Source: Halodesulfurarchaeum sp. (GTDB taxonomy: Archaea; Halobacteriota; Halobacteria; Halobacteriales; Halobacteriaceae). From it: a DNA stretch of 64,000 nt. The stretch is from positions 1,600,001 through 1,664,000 of the forward strand of contig JAXHNL010000002.1 in NCBI GenBank assembly GCA_034520565.1. Direction: 5' to 3'. The notes under the pieces are model-generated. The model made no database searches. It saw only the letters and a program-made list of their open reading frames with translations, and was not told where the DNA came from. How positions within the stretch are numbered: position 1 is the first letter of the stretch; every line of letters begins with the position of its first letter. The position numbers were made by a program, and so were the translations under genes. Positions 28,326 to 37,805 of this stretch are shown in pieces.

Positions 28326-29711
28326 ATGGAGCAGGTCGACGTCGCGATCGTCGGGGGTGGCCCAGCTGGCACGGCCGCCGCGCGGGCTGCGGCCCACAAG
28401 GGTGCACACGCAGTCGTCATCGAGAAGGGAGTGCCACGGGCGGACAGAGAGTCGCTGGGACCTGACTCGACGGATGCCGCCGGCTTTCTGGACTTTTGGA
28501 GTGAGATCGCCGACGTGGACCCCACAACGTGGCCGGACGAAATCATTCATCAAAAACTCACCGGGGCCGAGTTCGTCGGACCGACGGAATCAGTCACGAT
28601 TACCGAGACCGGAATCGAATCGGCCTATCCCCACTTCGGGTTCACGTTCGACCGGGCGAAATTCGACGACTGGCACCGCGAACAGGCTGTTTCTGCCGGT
28701 GCTGAGTACCGGGTCGGAACGGGCGTCCGGTCCGTCGATCCGGACCGACACAACGGTAGCGGTCACGACCTGCATCTCGCCGACGGCTCCACGATCCAGG
28801 CCGACACGTTGATCCTCGCGGACGGCCCACAACGTCAGATCACGTTGCGCGTCCTCGACGAATTCCTTCCCGAAGATCGATCGGCCTCGGACGTTCTTTC
28901 CCCGCCAACCGCAAATCACATCGCCTACCAGGAATACAGACGCTTTCCAGACGCGGAATTCGATCCAGATCGAATCAAATTCTGGTGGGGCTGGGTGCCT
29001 GGCCACACCGCCTACCCCTGGATCTTCCCCAATAGTGACAACGTGGCCCGTGTCGGGCTCACGATGCCCATCGGCCTTTCTTTCGAAGACGTCTCGAATC
29101 CGGCGGCCTACGAGTTAATCAGGGCCACTGACGAGACGATGCCCTCCCCGCGGACGTTCCTCGAACGGTTCATGCAGCGCCGCTTCGGGGACGAATACGA
29201 CGTGGACGCCGATTTTCCCCGATTGGAAACGTACGGCAAGGACGAGGGGACCGAAACGTATCCGATCTCGTCGACTCGCCCGATCGACTCGCCGACGTCC
29301 CACGGTATCGCCGTCGTTGGCGGCGCGATGGGTGCGACCTCGGCGTTTCACGAGGGTGGAGATCACGTCGCACTCCGGACTGGAAAACTCGCCGGGAAAC
29401 TGGCCGCAACTGGCCGTCTCGAGGCGTACAATGACGCCTGGAAAGCCGGAATCGGTCAAGAGGTGCGCCGAAACGTCACGCTCGCGGACATGGTGCGGGA
29501 CTATGGCCCCGCGGACTGGGACCGCGTGTTCCGAATCGGGCAACGAATGCTCCCGAATCAAAACGGGGCCGTTCCGGGACTCCGCTCGGCACTTGCTGCA
29601 GGCATACCGGCTGCCAAGCTCTATCTCGCCTATCGATACGGGAAGTACAAACTCCGGTCGAACAGGTTCGTGAGTCTTCCCGAGTCGGCGTACCTGGCCT
29701 CAGAGCAGTAA
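28326..29711 (+). CDS. FAD-dependent oxidoreductase (geranylgeranyl reductase-like)
   Basis: VGGGPAG, FDRAKFD, ADG, YPWIFP and HEGGDH; ATG at 28326. Confidence 0.82.
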   Translation: MEQVDVAIVGGGPAGTAAARAAAHKGAHAVVIEKGVPRADRESLGPDSTDAAGFLDFWSEIADVDPTTWPDEIIHQKLTGAEFVGPTESVTITETGIESAYPHFGFTFDRAKFDDWHREQAVSAGAEYRVGTGVRSVDPDRHNGSGHDLHLADGSTIQADTLILADGPQRQITLRVLDEFLPEDRSASDVLSPPTANHIAYQEYRRFPDAEFDPDRIKFWWGWVPGHTAYPWIFPNSDNVARVGLTMPIGLSFEDVSNPAAYELIRATDETMPSPRTFLERFMQRRFGDEYDVDADFPRLETYGKDEGTETYPISSTRPIDSPTSHGIAVVGGAMGATSAFHEGGDHVALRTGKLAGKLAATGRLEAYNDAWKAGIGQEVRRNVTLADMVRDYGPADWDRVFRIGQRMLPNQNGAVPGLRSALAAGIPAAKLYLAYRYGKYKLRSNRFVSLPESAYLASEQ

Positions 29712-29823
29712 GCCAGCGACTCGTTACCCGACCCAGTTATCACTCCATGATCGGCGTCGGAACCGTTCGAAACGAACCCGAGGATCACGCCGCTTATTGG
29801 CAAGCCGTACTGGAGACAGAGCA

Positions 29824-30237
29824 ATGGAACCGGGAACCTACACGATTCTCCTCGAACTCGAGACGAACACGGCTGTTGCCTTCGGTGCCGCCGGTTCCCG
29901 GGCTCTCGAAGTCGGGTTCTACGCCTACACGGGGAGCGCGTTCGGCCACGGTGGACTCACCCGCGTCGATCGCCACGAACGGGTGTGTCGAGGCATGAAC
30001 GACTCCCGCCACTGGCACGTCGATTCCCTCCTCGGAGACCCGCACGTCTCCTGGGTGGGCGCTTGGGCCAGTCCGAACCGACGGGCCGAATGCGAAATCG
30101 CCGCATCTGTTCCGGGACGACGCGTGTCCGGAATCGGAGCGACCGACTGTTCCTGTAACAGTCATCTTACGTTTCACCCCGGACGCGGAGAACTCATCAC
30201 AGCGATAGACGCGATTCACGAGGAGCGTTATTCGTAG
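29824..30237 (+). CDS. DUF123 / GIY-YIG (Uri) superfamily nuclease
   Basis: GTY...YTGSA, RVDRH, HWHVD and GATDCSCNSHL. Confidence 0.82.
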   Translation: MEPGTYTILLELETNTAVAFGAAGSRALEVGFYAYTGSAFGHGGLTRVDRHERVCRGMNDSRHWHVDSLLGDPHVSWVGAWASPNRRAECEIAASVPGRRVSGIGATDCSCNSHLTFHPGRGELITAIDAIHEERYS

Positions 30238-30878
30238 GTGACCCACTTGGAGGGCGATCGGCCAAAGCCCCGCGTCCGTATCTCTCGAGGGCCGTCGTCT
30301 GGAACCCGTAACTGGATTACGCCGTCGAAGAGCTGGTTGAGCGTGTTGATGGCCTGGGAATCGTGGGAGTCCGGATCGATCGAAAACAGGCCGATCCAGC
30401 CTTTCGACTGGATCTGTCGGGTAAAGACGTGAAGGAACCGGAAGAGCCGCTCGAGATCGACGTACATGAGCACCGGCGTGAGCGAATCGAACGCCACCCG
30501 AACCTGGTCGATCCCTTTGCTCTGAGTCTCCTTTGAAAGCTGTGAAAACTCGATTCCGATGCCCGTCAGATCGCCCGGAGAGCCACAACTCCGAATGACC
30601 TCCTCGTTTTCGCCCACCGAATCCGAACCGACACTATCGATGATTCTGACGTAGGATTCGTTCTCGATGAGGTCGCGAAACGTCTCGTACACTTGCGAGC
30701 CACCGTCGTTCGCGGTGACGACGACCGACCCCTCCCCCGAATTTGCGCCGTGTTCGAGCACGTCGAACATGAGCTGTCGCTTCCCGGACATCGCCGGACC
30801 GCTCACCATGATGTTCGTTCCCGGGTCGACTGTGTCGACGAGCGGGGCCGGCACGGCGTCGCCAAGTTCGTAGCTCAT
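30228..30878 (-). CDS. KaiC/RecA-superfamily ATPase-like protein
   Basis: Walker A-like GPAMSGKR, SPGDLTGIGI, FDSLT and LFDGVIQLR. Confidence 0.8.
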   Translation of the reverse strand: MSYELGDAVPAPLVDTVDPGTNIMVSGPAMSGKRQLMFDVLEHGANSGEGSVVVTANDGGSQVYETFRDLIENESYVRIIDSVGSDSVGENEEVIRSCGSPGDLTGIGIEFSQLSKETQSKGIDQVRVAFDSLTPVLMYVDLERLFRFLHVFTRQIQSKGWIGLFSIDPDSHDSQAINTLNQLFDGVIQLRVPDDGPREIRTRGFGRSPSKWVTYE

Positions 30879-31067
30879 TGGTGTCGCGTCCTCATAGCCT
30901 GGTGCACTCGCTCGGTCTATATGCGAATGTTCGCTCGTGGACTATAAGTATACATGGAATCTGTCGAGCGATCGAATCGGGTGACTGAAAGAATCCGTGA
31001 AATGGTCACATGCAGCGCAGCTATCGCCTGTACAAAAACGTATGGGGGCCCAACCCGAACGGTGGGT

Positions 31068-31658
31068 ATGCACGCACTCGACGAAACCGATCTCGAAATC
31101 CTCCAACTTCTCGTGGAGGATGCCCGCCGCCCGTACCGCGAGATCGCGGAAACGGTCGACCTCTCGGCGCCGGCGGTCTCCGATCGGGTCGCCCGGCTCA
31201 AAGAACAGGGGATCGTCCGTCGATTCACCGTCGACGTGGATCGTCGCCAACTTCGAGAAGGAACGCCAGTGCTCGTCACGCTCTCGGTTGCTCCCGACGC
31301 CGTCTCCGACGTGAAAGACGCGATCGGCGACCTCGAAGCGGTCGAATATCTGTACGTAACCGTCGACGACAGCGTCGTCTTTCACGCGAACGCCCCGAAC
31401 GACGTCGGCACCTGGCTCGACAGACTACTCGTCACCGACGGCATCCGGGACATCGACGTCTCCCTGCTGAGCGAGAGCCACTGGTCGCCGACGGTCGGGG
31501 CCACGGACTTTGCAACGGTGTGTGACGAATGTGGCAACACGGTCACGAGCGAGGGCGTTACCGCCCGCATTGGGGGTGACGTCAAGCAATTCTGTTGTCC
31601 GTCCTGTGAATCCCGCTACGTGGAGCGTTACGAGGAACTCAGCGCGGGTGCAGAGTGA
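31068..31658 (+). CDS. copR: Lrp/AsnC regulator with C-terminal TRASH domain (copper-responsive CopR type)
   Basis: LDETDLEILQLLVEDARRPY HTH and TRASH motif CDECG...FCCPSC; ATG at 31068. Confidence 0.85.
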   Translation: MHALDETDLEILQLLVEDARRPYREIAETVDLSAPAVSDRVARLKEQGIVRRFTVDVDRRQLREGTPVLVTLSVAPDAVSDVKDAIGDLEAVEYLYVTVDDSVVFHANAPNDVGTWLDRLLVTDGIRDIDVSLLSESHWSPTVGATDFATVCDECGNTVTSEGVTARIGGDVKQFCCPSCESRYVERYEELSAGAE

Positions 31659-31708
31659 ACCGGACCCAACCCGAAACGCCCTAAGGCCCGCATCCCCAAT
31701 CCCTTTCC

Positions 31709-31969
31709 ATGCCAACCACGCTGCGCGTCCCGGACATGAGTTGTGACGGCTGTGAAGATATCGTCCAGACCGCTCTCGAAGCGGTCTCGGGCGTCGAATC
31801 GGCGACTGCAGACCAGGAAGCTGGTACGGCGGTCGTCGAAGGTGGGGCCTCGACGAGTGACCTTTTGGAAGCCGTCGACCATGCGGGCTATGCTGCCGAG
31901 GAGATTGCCGAGTCCGACACAACCGATACCGAAGCGACGACCGCAGACGACACCGAAAACGAGGAATAA
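31709..31969 (+). CDS. copZ: HMA-domain copper chaperone
   Basis: MSCDGC (MxCxxC), AGY loop and an acidic tail. Confidence 0.88.
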   Translation: MPTTLRVPDMSCDGCEDIVQTALEAVSGVESATADQEAGTAVVEGGASTSDLLEAVDHAGYAAEEIAESDTTDTEATTADDTENEE

Positions 31970-32061
31970 ACCGGCGATTCTTTCGGGGTTCCGCCAAACA
32001 AAATTTTACTTCCGTTTCACCCAATAAATATAAAGCCCCTCCGTTCTTTGGGGTAACTACC

Positions 32062-32322
32062 ATGGTGGTAGCTGATACCCAGGTGGAAGACCTGCCTCCG
32101 AGTGCCAAACTCGTCCTGAAAGTTCTGGAGTACAACGGTGGCCTGACGCAGAAACAGATCGTAGACAAATCCCGCCTCTCCCAGCGCACCGTTCGGGACG
32201 CACTCGATCGACTCCAGGATCGAACCATCGTCGAGAAAAACATCTACATCCCGGACGCTCGCCAAAACCTCTACACGCTCACGGCCCCCACCGCCGAAGG
32301 ACCCGCGGAAGCCGAAGTCTGA
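32062..32322 (+). CDS. Small MarR-like HTH protein
   Basis: LPPSAKLV...LTQKQIVDKSRLSQRTVRDAL...DARQNLY; upstream AAATATAAAG TATA box. Confidence 0.85.
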   Translation: MVVADTQVEDLPPSAKLVLKVLEYNGGLTQKQIVDKSRLSQRTVRDALDRLQDRTIVEKNIYIPDARQNLYTLTAPTAEGPAEAEV

Positions 32323-32433
32323 GCCGTCACGTCCCCGCTGACGTCCTGAGAAACGTCGGATCTATCGCCAGCCATCCGATCTGAAGACTTTTCACCTCTT
32401 ATTCGACACCCCATACCAGGGTCGTTGCGACGC

Positions 32434-33681
32434 TCAGATGGGTGTTTCACTCCCCCATTGCTCGATTGCCTTGCCCAGTGCTTCGTGAACGTCTGCAGCC
32501 TCGTTTATGGGCGTCCCGGCCATGTAAGCCTCGACTGACTCTCTGAGAGCTTTCGCTCCCTCGTGAGTCCCACCAGGATGTCCGTGAATCCCGCCGCCGG
32601 CCTGCACGATCAGGTCCGTTCCGAGCGCGTCGAGAAGTGGCTCGACCGTCCCCGGATGCAAACCACCCGAAGCGACTGGAAGCACGTCCGGAACCCCATA
32701 TAGGTCACTTCGGAGCCATTCGTTGATTCCAGCCGTGTCTTCGTTTTCGAGTTTGCCCAGATTCGCCGTCCCAGTGTGGATGTGGTCGACACCGACAAGT
32801 CGGGCGATTTGGGCCAGGACGCGCATCGAAACCCCGTGATGGCTCAGCCGATCGAACGCCGCATGCATCGCCCGGTGGGCGTGAATCGCCAACCCGAGAT
32901 CGCCAGCGTATTTGCGGATCGACTGGACGGCGCCCCACCCGACGGTTATCACGTCGACCATGACGAAATTCCCACCCTGGTCCGAGACGAACGCCGCCCG
33001 CTCCTTCATCGTGTCCACGTCGGCGGTAATGTTGACGAGGTAGTCCTTGCGCTCGCCCGTCTCTTCCTCGGCCAGCCCCGCCTGTTCGAAGCTCGCGGTC
33101 ACCCTGTCGGCAAAGGCGTTGAACGACTGGTCGCTGAGGTTCTCGTCGTCTTTCAGCAGATCGACGCCGCCGGTCCAGGCTTCGTACCCGATTTCGGCGT
33201 GCCTTTCACTCGAGAGTCCCACCTTCGGCTTCGGAACCGTGGCCAGAACGGGCCGATCACCGGCATCGAGGAATCGCTCCTTCACCGCCGACCCGAACTG
33301 CGGACCGGGGAACGACCGAGTCAACCCCTCGGGCCACTCACAGTCCTGCAACCGGATCGAGTCCACCGCCTTCATTCCCAGAATGTTCCCGGCGATGCAG
33401 GAGAGGACCTGAGGCATGTTCCCGAATTCAAAAAGGTTCGGCGGATAGGCGACCCGAATCTGGCCGTCACCGATCGCAAACGCCGTCGCGCCGACGTCGG
33501 TAAATCCCTCGCCGACTTCGAGGGTCGCCCACGTCCCGTTCGAACTCTCCGAGGCGACCCGTCCGGCGGCTTCCTCCATCGTAAGCCCCTCGGCGGGCTG
33601 AATCCGGAAGTCACAGACCAGTTCGTCGGTACTTGGTCGGTAGTCGGTATCGACGAAGTCCGAATACGATATGCCAGTCAT
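32434..33681 (-). CDS. rbcL: Form III ribulose-1,5-bisphosphate carboxylase
   Basis: ESSNGTW, IAGN, KPKVG, GGVDLLKDDE, HAHRAMH, LGKL, SGGLH and QAGGG; ATG at 33681. Confidence 0.95.
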   Translation of the reverse strand: MTGISYSDFVDTDYRPSTDELVCDFRIQPAEGLTMEEAAGRVASESSNGTWATLEVGEGFTDVGATAFAIGDGQIRVAYPPNLFEFGNMPQVLSCIAGNILGMKAVDSIRLQDCEWPEGLTRSFPGPQFGSAVKERFLDAGDRPVLATVPKPKVGLSSERHAEIGYEAWTGGVDLLKDDENLSDQSFNAFADRVTASFEQAGLAEEETGERKDYLVNITADVDTMKERAAFVSDQGGNFVMVDVITVGWGAVQSIRKYAGDLGLAIHAHRAMHAAFDRLSHHGVSMRVLAQIARLVGVDHIHTGTANLGKLENEDTAGINEWLRSDLYGVPDVLPVASGGLHPGTVEPLLDALGTDLIVQAGGGIHGHPGGTHEGAKALRESVEAYMAGTPINEAADVHEALGKAIEQWGSETPI

Positions 33682-33768
33682 GTCCGAAGTGATTGGACCG
33701 CCGCTGGCATCAAAGTTCGGTAGCAGCATCCGACGCCACTTTCGTAGTCGCCCCGCTGTACTCGCGGC

Positions 33769-34623
33769 CTAAACGTCCCTCGAGACGGCGTCGTCGAGCC
33801 GGGCGATCACGGACTCGTTTCCGACAAACGTCGGTGTTCGCTGGTGAATCTCGGTCGCAGACACGTCGAGCAACGATTGGGCCCCGTCAGTCGAGGCCCC
33901 GCCGGCCTGCTCGACCACGTAGGCGATCGGCGCTGCCTCGAACAGCAGCCGAAGTTTCCCGTTCGGCCGGCTCTTTAGGGACGGGTATCCAAAGATGCCG
34001 CCGTAGGTGAGTACTTGACTGACGTCGGCGATCATCGCACCACCATAGCGAAGTTTGAGTTCCGACCGAACCGCCTCGACGTATGCGGCAAAGTCAGCCG
34101 GCCAGTCGGGCTCTCGACCGCCGAAGCCGTACACGGTGGGGTCTGTCGGCAATTCGACTGGTCCGGTCGACTCCATGGATCCGTCCTCGACGACGAAGCC
34201 TTCGGGCGTCCCCTCCCGGGCGATCACCATCGTCGTAATCGGGCCGTACAGGACGAAGCCGGCAGCGACGAGATCGCGTCCGGATGTCGGAAGCGAGCCG
34301 TCGTAGACGCCGACGATCGTGCCCATCGGATTGTTGGATTTGAGGTTCGAAGACCCGTCCAGCGGATCGATGGCGACGGCATACCCCTCGCCGACGTCCT
34401 CGACGGTCTCCCGTTCCTCGCTCGCGTACTCTCCGATACCGTCGACAGTCTCGAACCGCTCCCTGAACACCTCGTCGGCCCACACGTCGGCCTCCAATTG
34501 GCGGTCGCCGGTCACGTTCGACTGGTCGAGGGCAGTCCGTCGACCTGGGAGGCCCGCCCGAATCTCGGGCGCAGTACTCGCCACGGTCTCGAAGACGGCG
34601 TCGATCGCGTCGCGTCCAGTCAT
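33769..34623 (-). CDS. fbp: Class 1 fructose-1,6-bisphosphatase
   Basis: ASEE, DPLDGSSN, LRYGGAMIAD and GKLRLLFE. Confidence 0.95.
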   Translation of the reverse strand: MTGRDAIDAVFETVASTAPEIRAGLPGRRTALDQSNVTGDRQLEADVWADEVFRERFETVDGIGEYASEERETVEDVGEGYAVAIDPLDGSSNLKSNNPMGTIVGVYDGSLPTSGRDLVAAGFVLYGPITTMVIAREGTPEGFVVEDGSMESTGPVELPTDPTVYGFGGREPDWPADFAAYVEAVRSELKLRYGGAMIADVSQVLTYGGIFGYPSLKSRPNGKLRLLFEAAPIAYVVEQAGGASTDGAQSLLDVSATEIHQRTPTFVGNESVIARLDDAVSRDV

Positions 34624-35415
34624 TTACATCCGTTCCAGGGCCACGTCGACGCTCGTCTCCTCGAAGATCACGGCCTCGAGAGCATCGAGCATGGCCTCGG
34701 CGTTCTCACGTTGCCAGACGTTGCGCCCGACGGCCAGCCCGGACCCGCCAGCGTCGAGGACGGTCTTGACGGATTCGAGGAACGCTCGATCTGAGGTTTT
34801 CGACCCGCCGCTCATGATGACTTCGACCGGGCCAGCGCTGTCGACGACCCACTCCATCGCCGCCTCGCTTCCGGGATACTTCACCTTCGCAACGTCGGCC
34901 CCCAATTCGAGCGCCTGTCTGGCCGCGTACGCAATGACTTCGTCCCTGGTATCGCTTTTCACTCCCTGGCCCCGTGGATATGACCACATGATGACCGGGA
35001 GGTCACGATCCCGGGCTGCCTCCTGGGCCCTGGCGAATTCTTCGGCCATCTCGACTTCGTGGTTCGAACCGCCGTACAACGTGAAACCGATGGCGTCGGC
35101 CCCCAGTTCCTGGGCGTATTCGACCGACCAGTTGACGCTACTATCGGGCTCGCCCATCCAGAGGTTCGAGGTCCCGTTGAGCTTCGCCACGAGGTTCACG
35201 CTGTCGTCGTACGAGGGATAATACGTTTCGGCGACCCCCTTCTGGACGGCGAATCCGGTCACGGCGTCGTGGGTTGCCAGGTCGAACACCGTTTCCGGAT
35301 CCATCGTCTCCGGAACGGCGTCGAAGTCCGTAGGACCGTGCTCCAACCCGTGGTCGTACGCGAGAACCAGCAGTTTGCCATCTCTGGCGATCGACGAGGA
35401 CTCGAGTGATCGCAT
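34624..35415 (-). CDS. fba: Class I (DhnA-type) fructose-bisphosphate aldolase
   Basis: AYDHGLEHGP, WSYPRG, ELGADVAKVKY (Schiff-base Lys) and GRNVWQ; abuts fbp. Confidence 0.93.
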   Translation of the reverse strand: MRSLESSSIARDGKLLVLAYDHGLEHGPTDFDAVPETMDPETVFDLATHDAVTGFAVQKGVAETYYPSYDDSVNLVAKLNGTSNLWMGEPDSSVNWSVEYAQELGADAIGFTLYGGSNHEVEMAEEFARAQEAARDRDLPVIMWSYPRGQGVKSDTRDEVIAYAARQALELGADVAKVKYPGSEAAMEWVVDSAGPVEVIMSGGSKTSDRAFLESVKTVLDAGGSGLAVGRNVWQRENAEAMLDALEAVIFEETSVDVALERM

Positions 35416-35466
35416 CAGGATTGTGTCGGTGGGCGTCGTTTAATAACCTAACTGAACGACCGGCAG

Positions 35467-36111
35467 TCACTCCTCGGCACGCGCGGCCGACCGCCACGCT
35501 TCGACAGTTCCCTTCTCGACGTCGAGTGACGCTGCAACCGCGGTCGGATTACACGTCGCCAGCCGTCTGACTGAAATGATCCCGGCCTCGGCGAGTGCAG
35601 CTTCAGCTTCCGCGTCGACTCCCTCGAGGGTGGAAATCGGCTTCGGTGCACTTCGTTCGCGCCATTCGGCTTCGGCCTCGAAATCCGTCTCCCCGCCTGG
35701 CTGGTTCGGCCAGGGCTGTCGCTCCCAGCTGTTTGGTTTATCGGTTGACGTTTTGGGGCGATCGGTCTCCGGTGTTTCGTCGTCCCAGCCCGCCGCGCTC
35801 GCGGCGACCCACTTCCGCTCCGCGTCCTGCAGGCCGCGGACCTGATGGGCCCGCAGATCCAGGTCTTCCCCGCCCTCGAGGGACCACGAGAGCGAGTGTT
35901 CACGCCGGATTTTCGCGGCCACGCCGGGATTGACGCCTGTCTTGACGAGCTGCGCGTGTGAAACCCGCCGCTTTTCAATATCTGCAGGCTCGACGCCAGC
36001 CGACTCGAGAACGGCCTCAGTCGCCGACCCGACGTACATGAGGTCGGTCAATTCCTCGGACACGAGTCCACCGGAACTGTATCCATCCGCGAGTGGCTTG
36101 AGTGTTTTCAC
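35467..36111 (-). CDS. Helix-hairpin-helix-containing conserved haloarchaeal protein
   Basis: Two HhH-like segments (LMYVGSATEAVLESAGV; LEGVDAEAEAALAEAGI) and GVAAKIRREHSLSWS; GTG start uncertain. Confidence 0.7.
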   Translation of the reverse strand: MKTLKPLADGYSSGGLVSEELTDLMYVGSATEAVLESAGVEPADIEKRRVSHAQLVKTGVNPGVAAKIRREHSLSWSLEGGEDLDLRAHQVRGLQDAERKWVAASAAGWDDETPETDRPKTSTDKPNSWERQPWPNQPGGETDFEAEAEWRERSAPKPISTLEGVDAEAEAALAEAGIISVRRLATCNPTAVAASLDVEKGTVEAWRSAARAEE

Positions 36112-36241
36112 CGTCCGAAACCGTCCAATCGAATCGAACCGTCAACGGCGATCGGGAACAGCCCGGTGTTAGTCGAACGACGATGTCCGTTTCGACGAAT
36201 GCACATGATTTATACGGGGGCTCGTCGAAAGTCGGGTACAC

Positions 36242-37408
36242 ATGACCCGGGTACGAGTCGCAGGAGGCGGACTCACACACTTCGGCGTCCATCCGGAGCG
36301 AACCAGTCGAGCGCTCTTCGGCGAAGCCGGCGAGGCTGCCCTCGAAGACGCCGGAATCGACCGTTCGGACGTCGAATCGGTGTTTTACGGCAACTTCATG
36401 GGCGAACTCGCCGAGCATCAGGGCCACATGGGACCGCTCGCAGCCGAGGCTCTCGGAATCGACGCCCCGTCGACGCGTTACGAGAGCGCCTGTGCGTCCA
36501 GCGGCGTCGCCGTCCGCCAGGCCGTACTGAACGTTCGATCGGGTGAGGCCGACGTCGTCCTGGTGGGCGGATCGGAACGAATGAACAACCTGCCGACGGC
36601 CGAGGCGACCGACGCACTCGCGATCGCTGCGGACGACCTCTACGAAGTTCGGGCCGGCATGACCTTCCCCGGCGCGTACGCACTCATGGAGGACGCGTAC
36701 TTCGACGAGTACGGTGGATCGCGAGAGGATCTCGCCCACATTGCGGTGAAGAACCACGAAAACGCCCTCGGAAACGAGTACGCGCAGTTCCAGCAGGAGA
36801 TCAGCGTCGAGAAGGCGATGGACGCGCCACCAGTTGCCGAACCCATCCACCTCTACGACGCCTGCCCGATCACCGACGGCGCCGCCGCGATGGTCCTCGT
36901 GAGCGAGGAGTATGCCAAGGAGCACGATCTCGATGCACCTATCGCGATCACGGGAACTGGACAGGGCAGCGATCGTCTCGCTCTCCAGGACCGTGACTAC
37001 CTGGCGCGTACTCCCGCCGCCGAAGACGCCGGCGAGGAGGCCTACGACGACGCGGGCATCGGCGCGGACGATGTAGACCTTGCCGAAGTGCATGACTGTT
37101 TCACCATCGCCGAAGCGCTGGCAATCGAAGCTCTCAGCTTGTTCGATGCCGGTGACGGAATCGGAGCCGCTCGTCGGGGCGAGACGACCGCAGGCGGCGA
37201 CCTCCCGGTGAACCTCTCAGGTGGCCTGAAAGCCAAAGGTCACCCGGTCGGCGCGACCGGCGCGAGCCAGGTCGTCGAGATGGCCAAGCTACTCGACGGG
37301 ACCCACCACAACGCAGATGCCGTTTCCGACGCGACCATCGGCGTCACGCACAACGCCGGAGGCACCGTTGCCAGTACAGCTGTCCACGTCCTGGAGGTGG
37401 TCGAATGA
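36242..37408 (+). CDS. Archaeal thiolase (acetyl-CoA C-acetyltransferase, SCP-x-like)
   Basis: ESACASS, DGAAA, EVHDCFT and NLSGGLKAKGHPVGATG. Confidence 0.93.
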   Translation: MTRVRVAGGGLTHFGVHPERTSRALFGEAGEAALEDAGIDRSDVESVFYGNFMGELAEHQGHMGPLAAEALGIDAPSTRYESACASSGVAVRQAVLNVRSGEADVVLVGGSERMNNLPTAEATDALAIAADDLYEVRAGMTFPGAYALMEDAYFDEYGGSREDLAHIAVKNHENALGNEYAQFQQEISVEKAMDAPPVAEPIHLYDACPITDGAAAMVLVSEEYAKEHDLDAPIAITGTGQGSDRLALQDRDYLARTPAAEDAGEEAYDDAGIGADDVDLAEVHDCFTIAEALAIEALSLFDAGDGIGAARRGETTAGGDLPVNLSGGLKAKGHPVGATGASQVVEMAKLLDGTHHNADAVSDATIGVTHNAGGTVASTAVHVLEVVE

Positions 37409-37794
37409 GCGACGAACCCGTCCGGGATGCGGGCTACGACGACTTCCTGGATTCGGTCGCGGAGGGATCCCCCTACTACCTCGAATGTGCCGAGGGTCAC
37501 GGGTCACTCCCGCCCAGACAGGTCTGTCCCGAGTGTGGGAACGGCGAACTCCAGCGCACGGACCTCCCCGAGGCCGGAACCATCGTCGCCCACAACGTGG
37601 TTCACGTGCCGACCCCACGATTCGCGGATGATACGCCATATGCGACCGCTATCGTCGACTTCGGACCGGTTTCCGTGACCGGACAGGTCCGCGTTGGTGA
37701 TCCCCACGAGGTCGAAAACGGACAGGACGTGGGTCTCGATATCGATGTGACCGAGACAGACGCGGACCGGCTGCTCGTCTTCGACCCGAATTAA
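37405..37794 (+). CDS. DUF35 Zn-ribbon/OB-fold thiolase partner
   Basis: CAEGH...PPRQVCPECG and PYATAIV; 4-nt overlap with the thiolase. Confidence 0.9.
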   Translation: MSDEPVRDAGYDDFLDSVAEGSPYYLECAEGHGSLPPRQVCPECGNGELQRTDLPEAGTIVAHNVVHVPTPRFADDTPYATAIVDFGPVSVTGQVRVGDPHEVENGQDVGLDIDVTETDADRLLVFDPN

Positions 37795-37805
37795 CCAAAT
37801 TTCGG

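Noticed and set aside
36242-37794. Thiolase plus DUF35 pair as a novel system
   Set aside because: This is a well-known archaeal gene pair.
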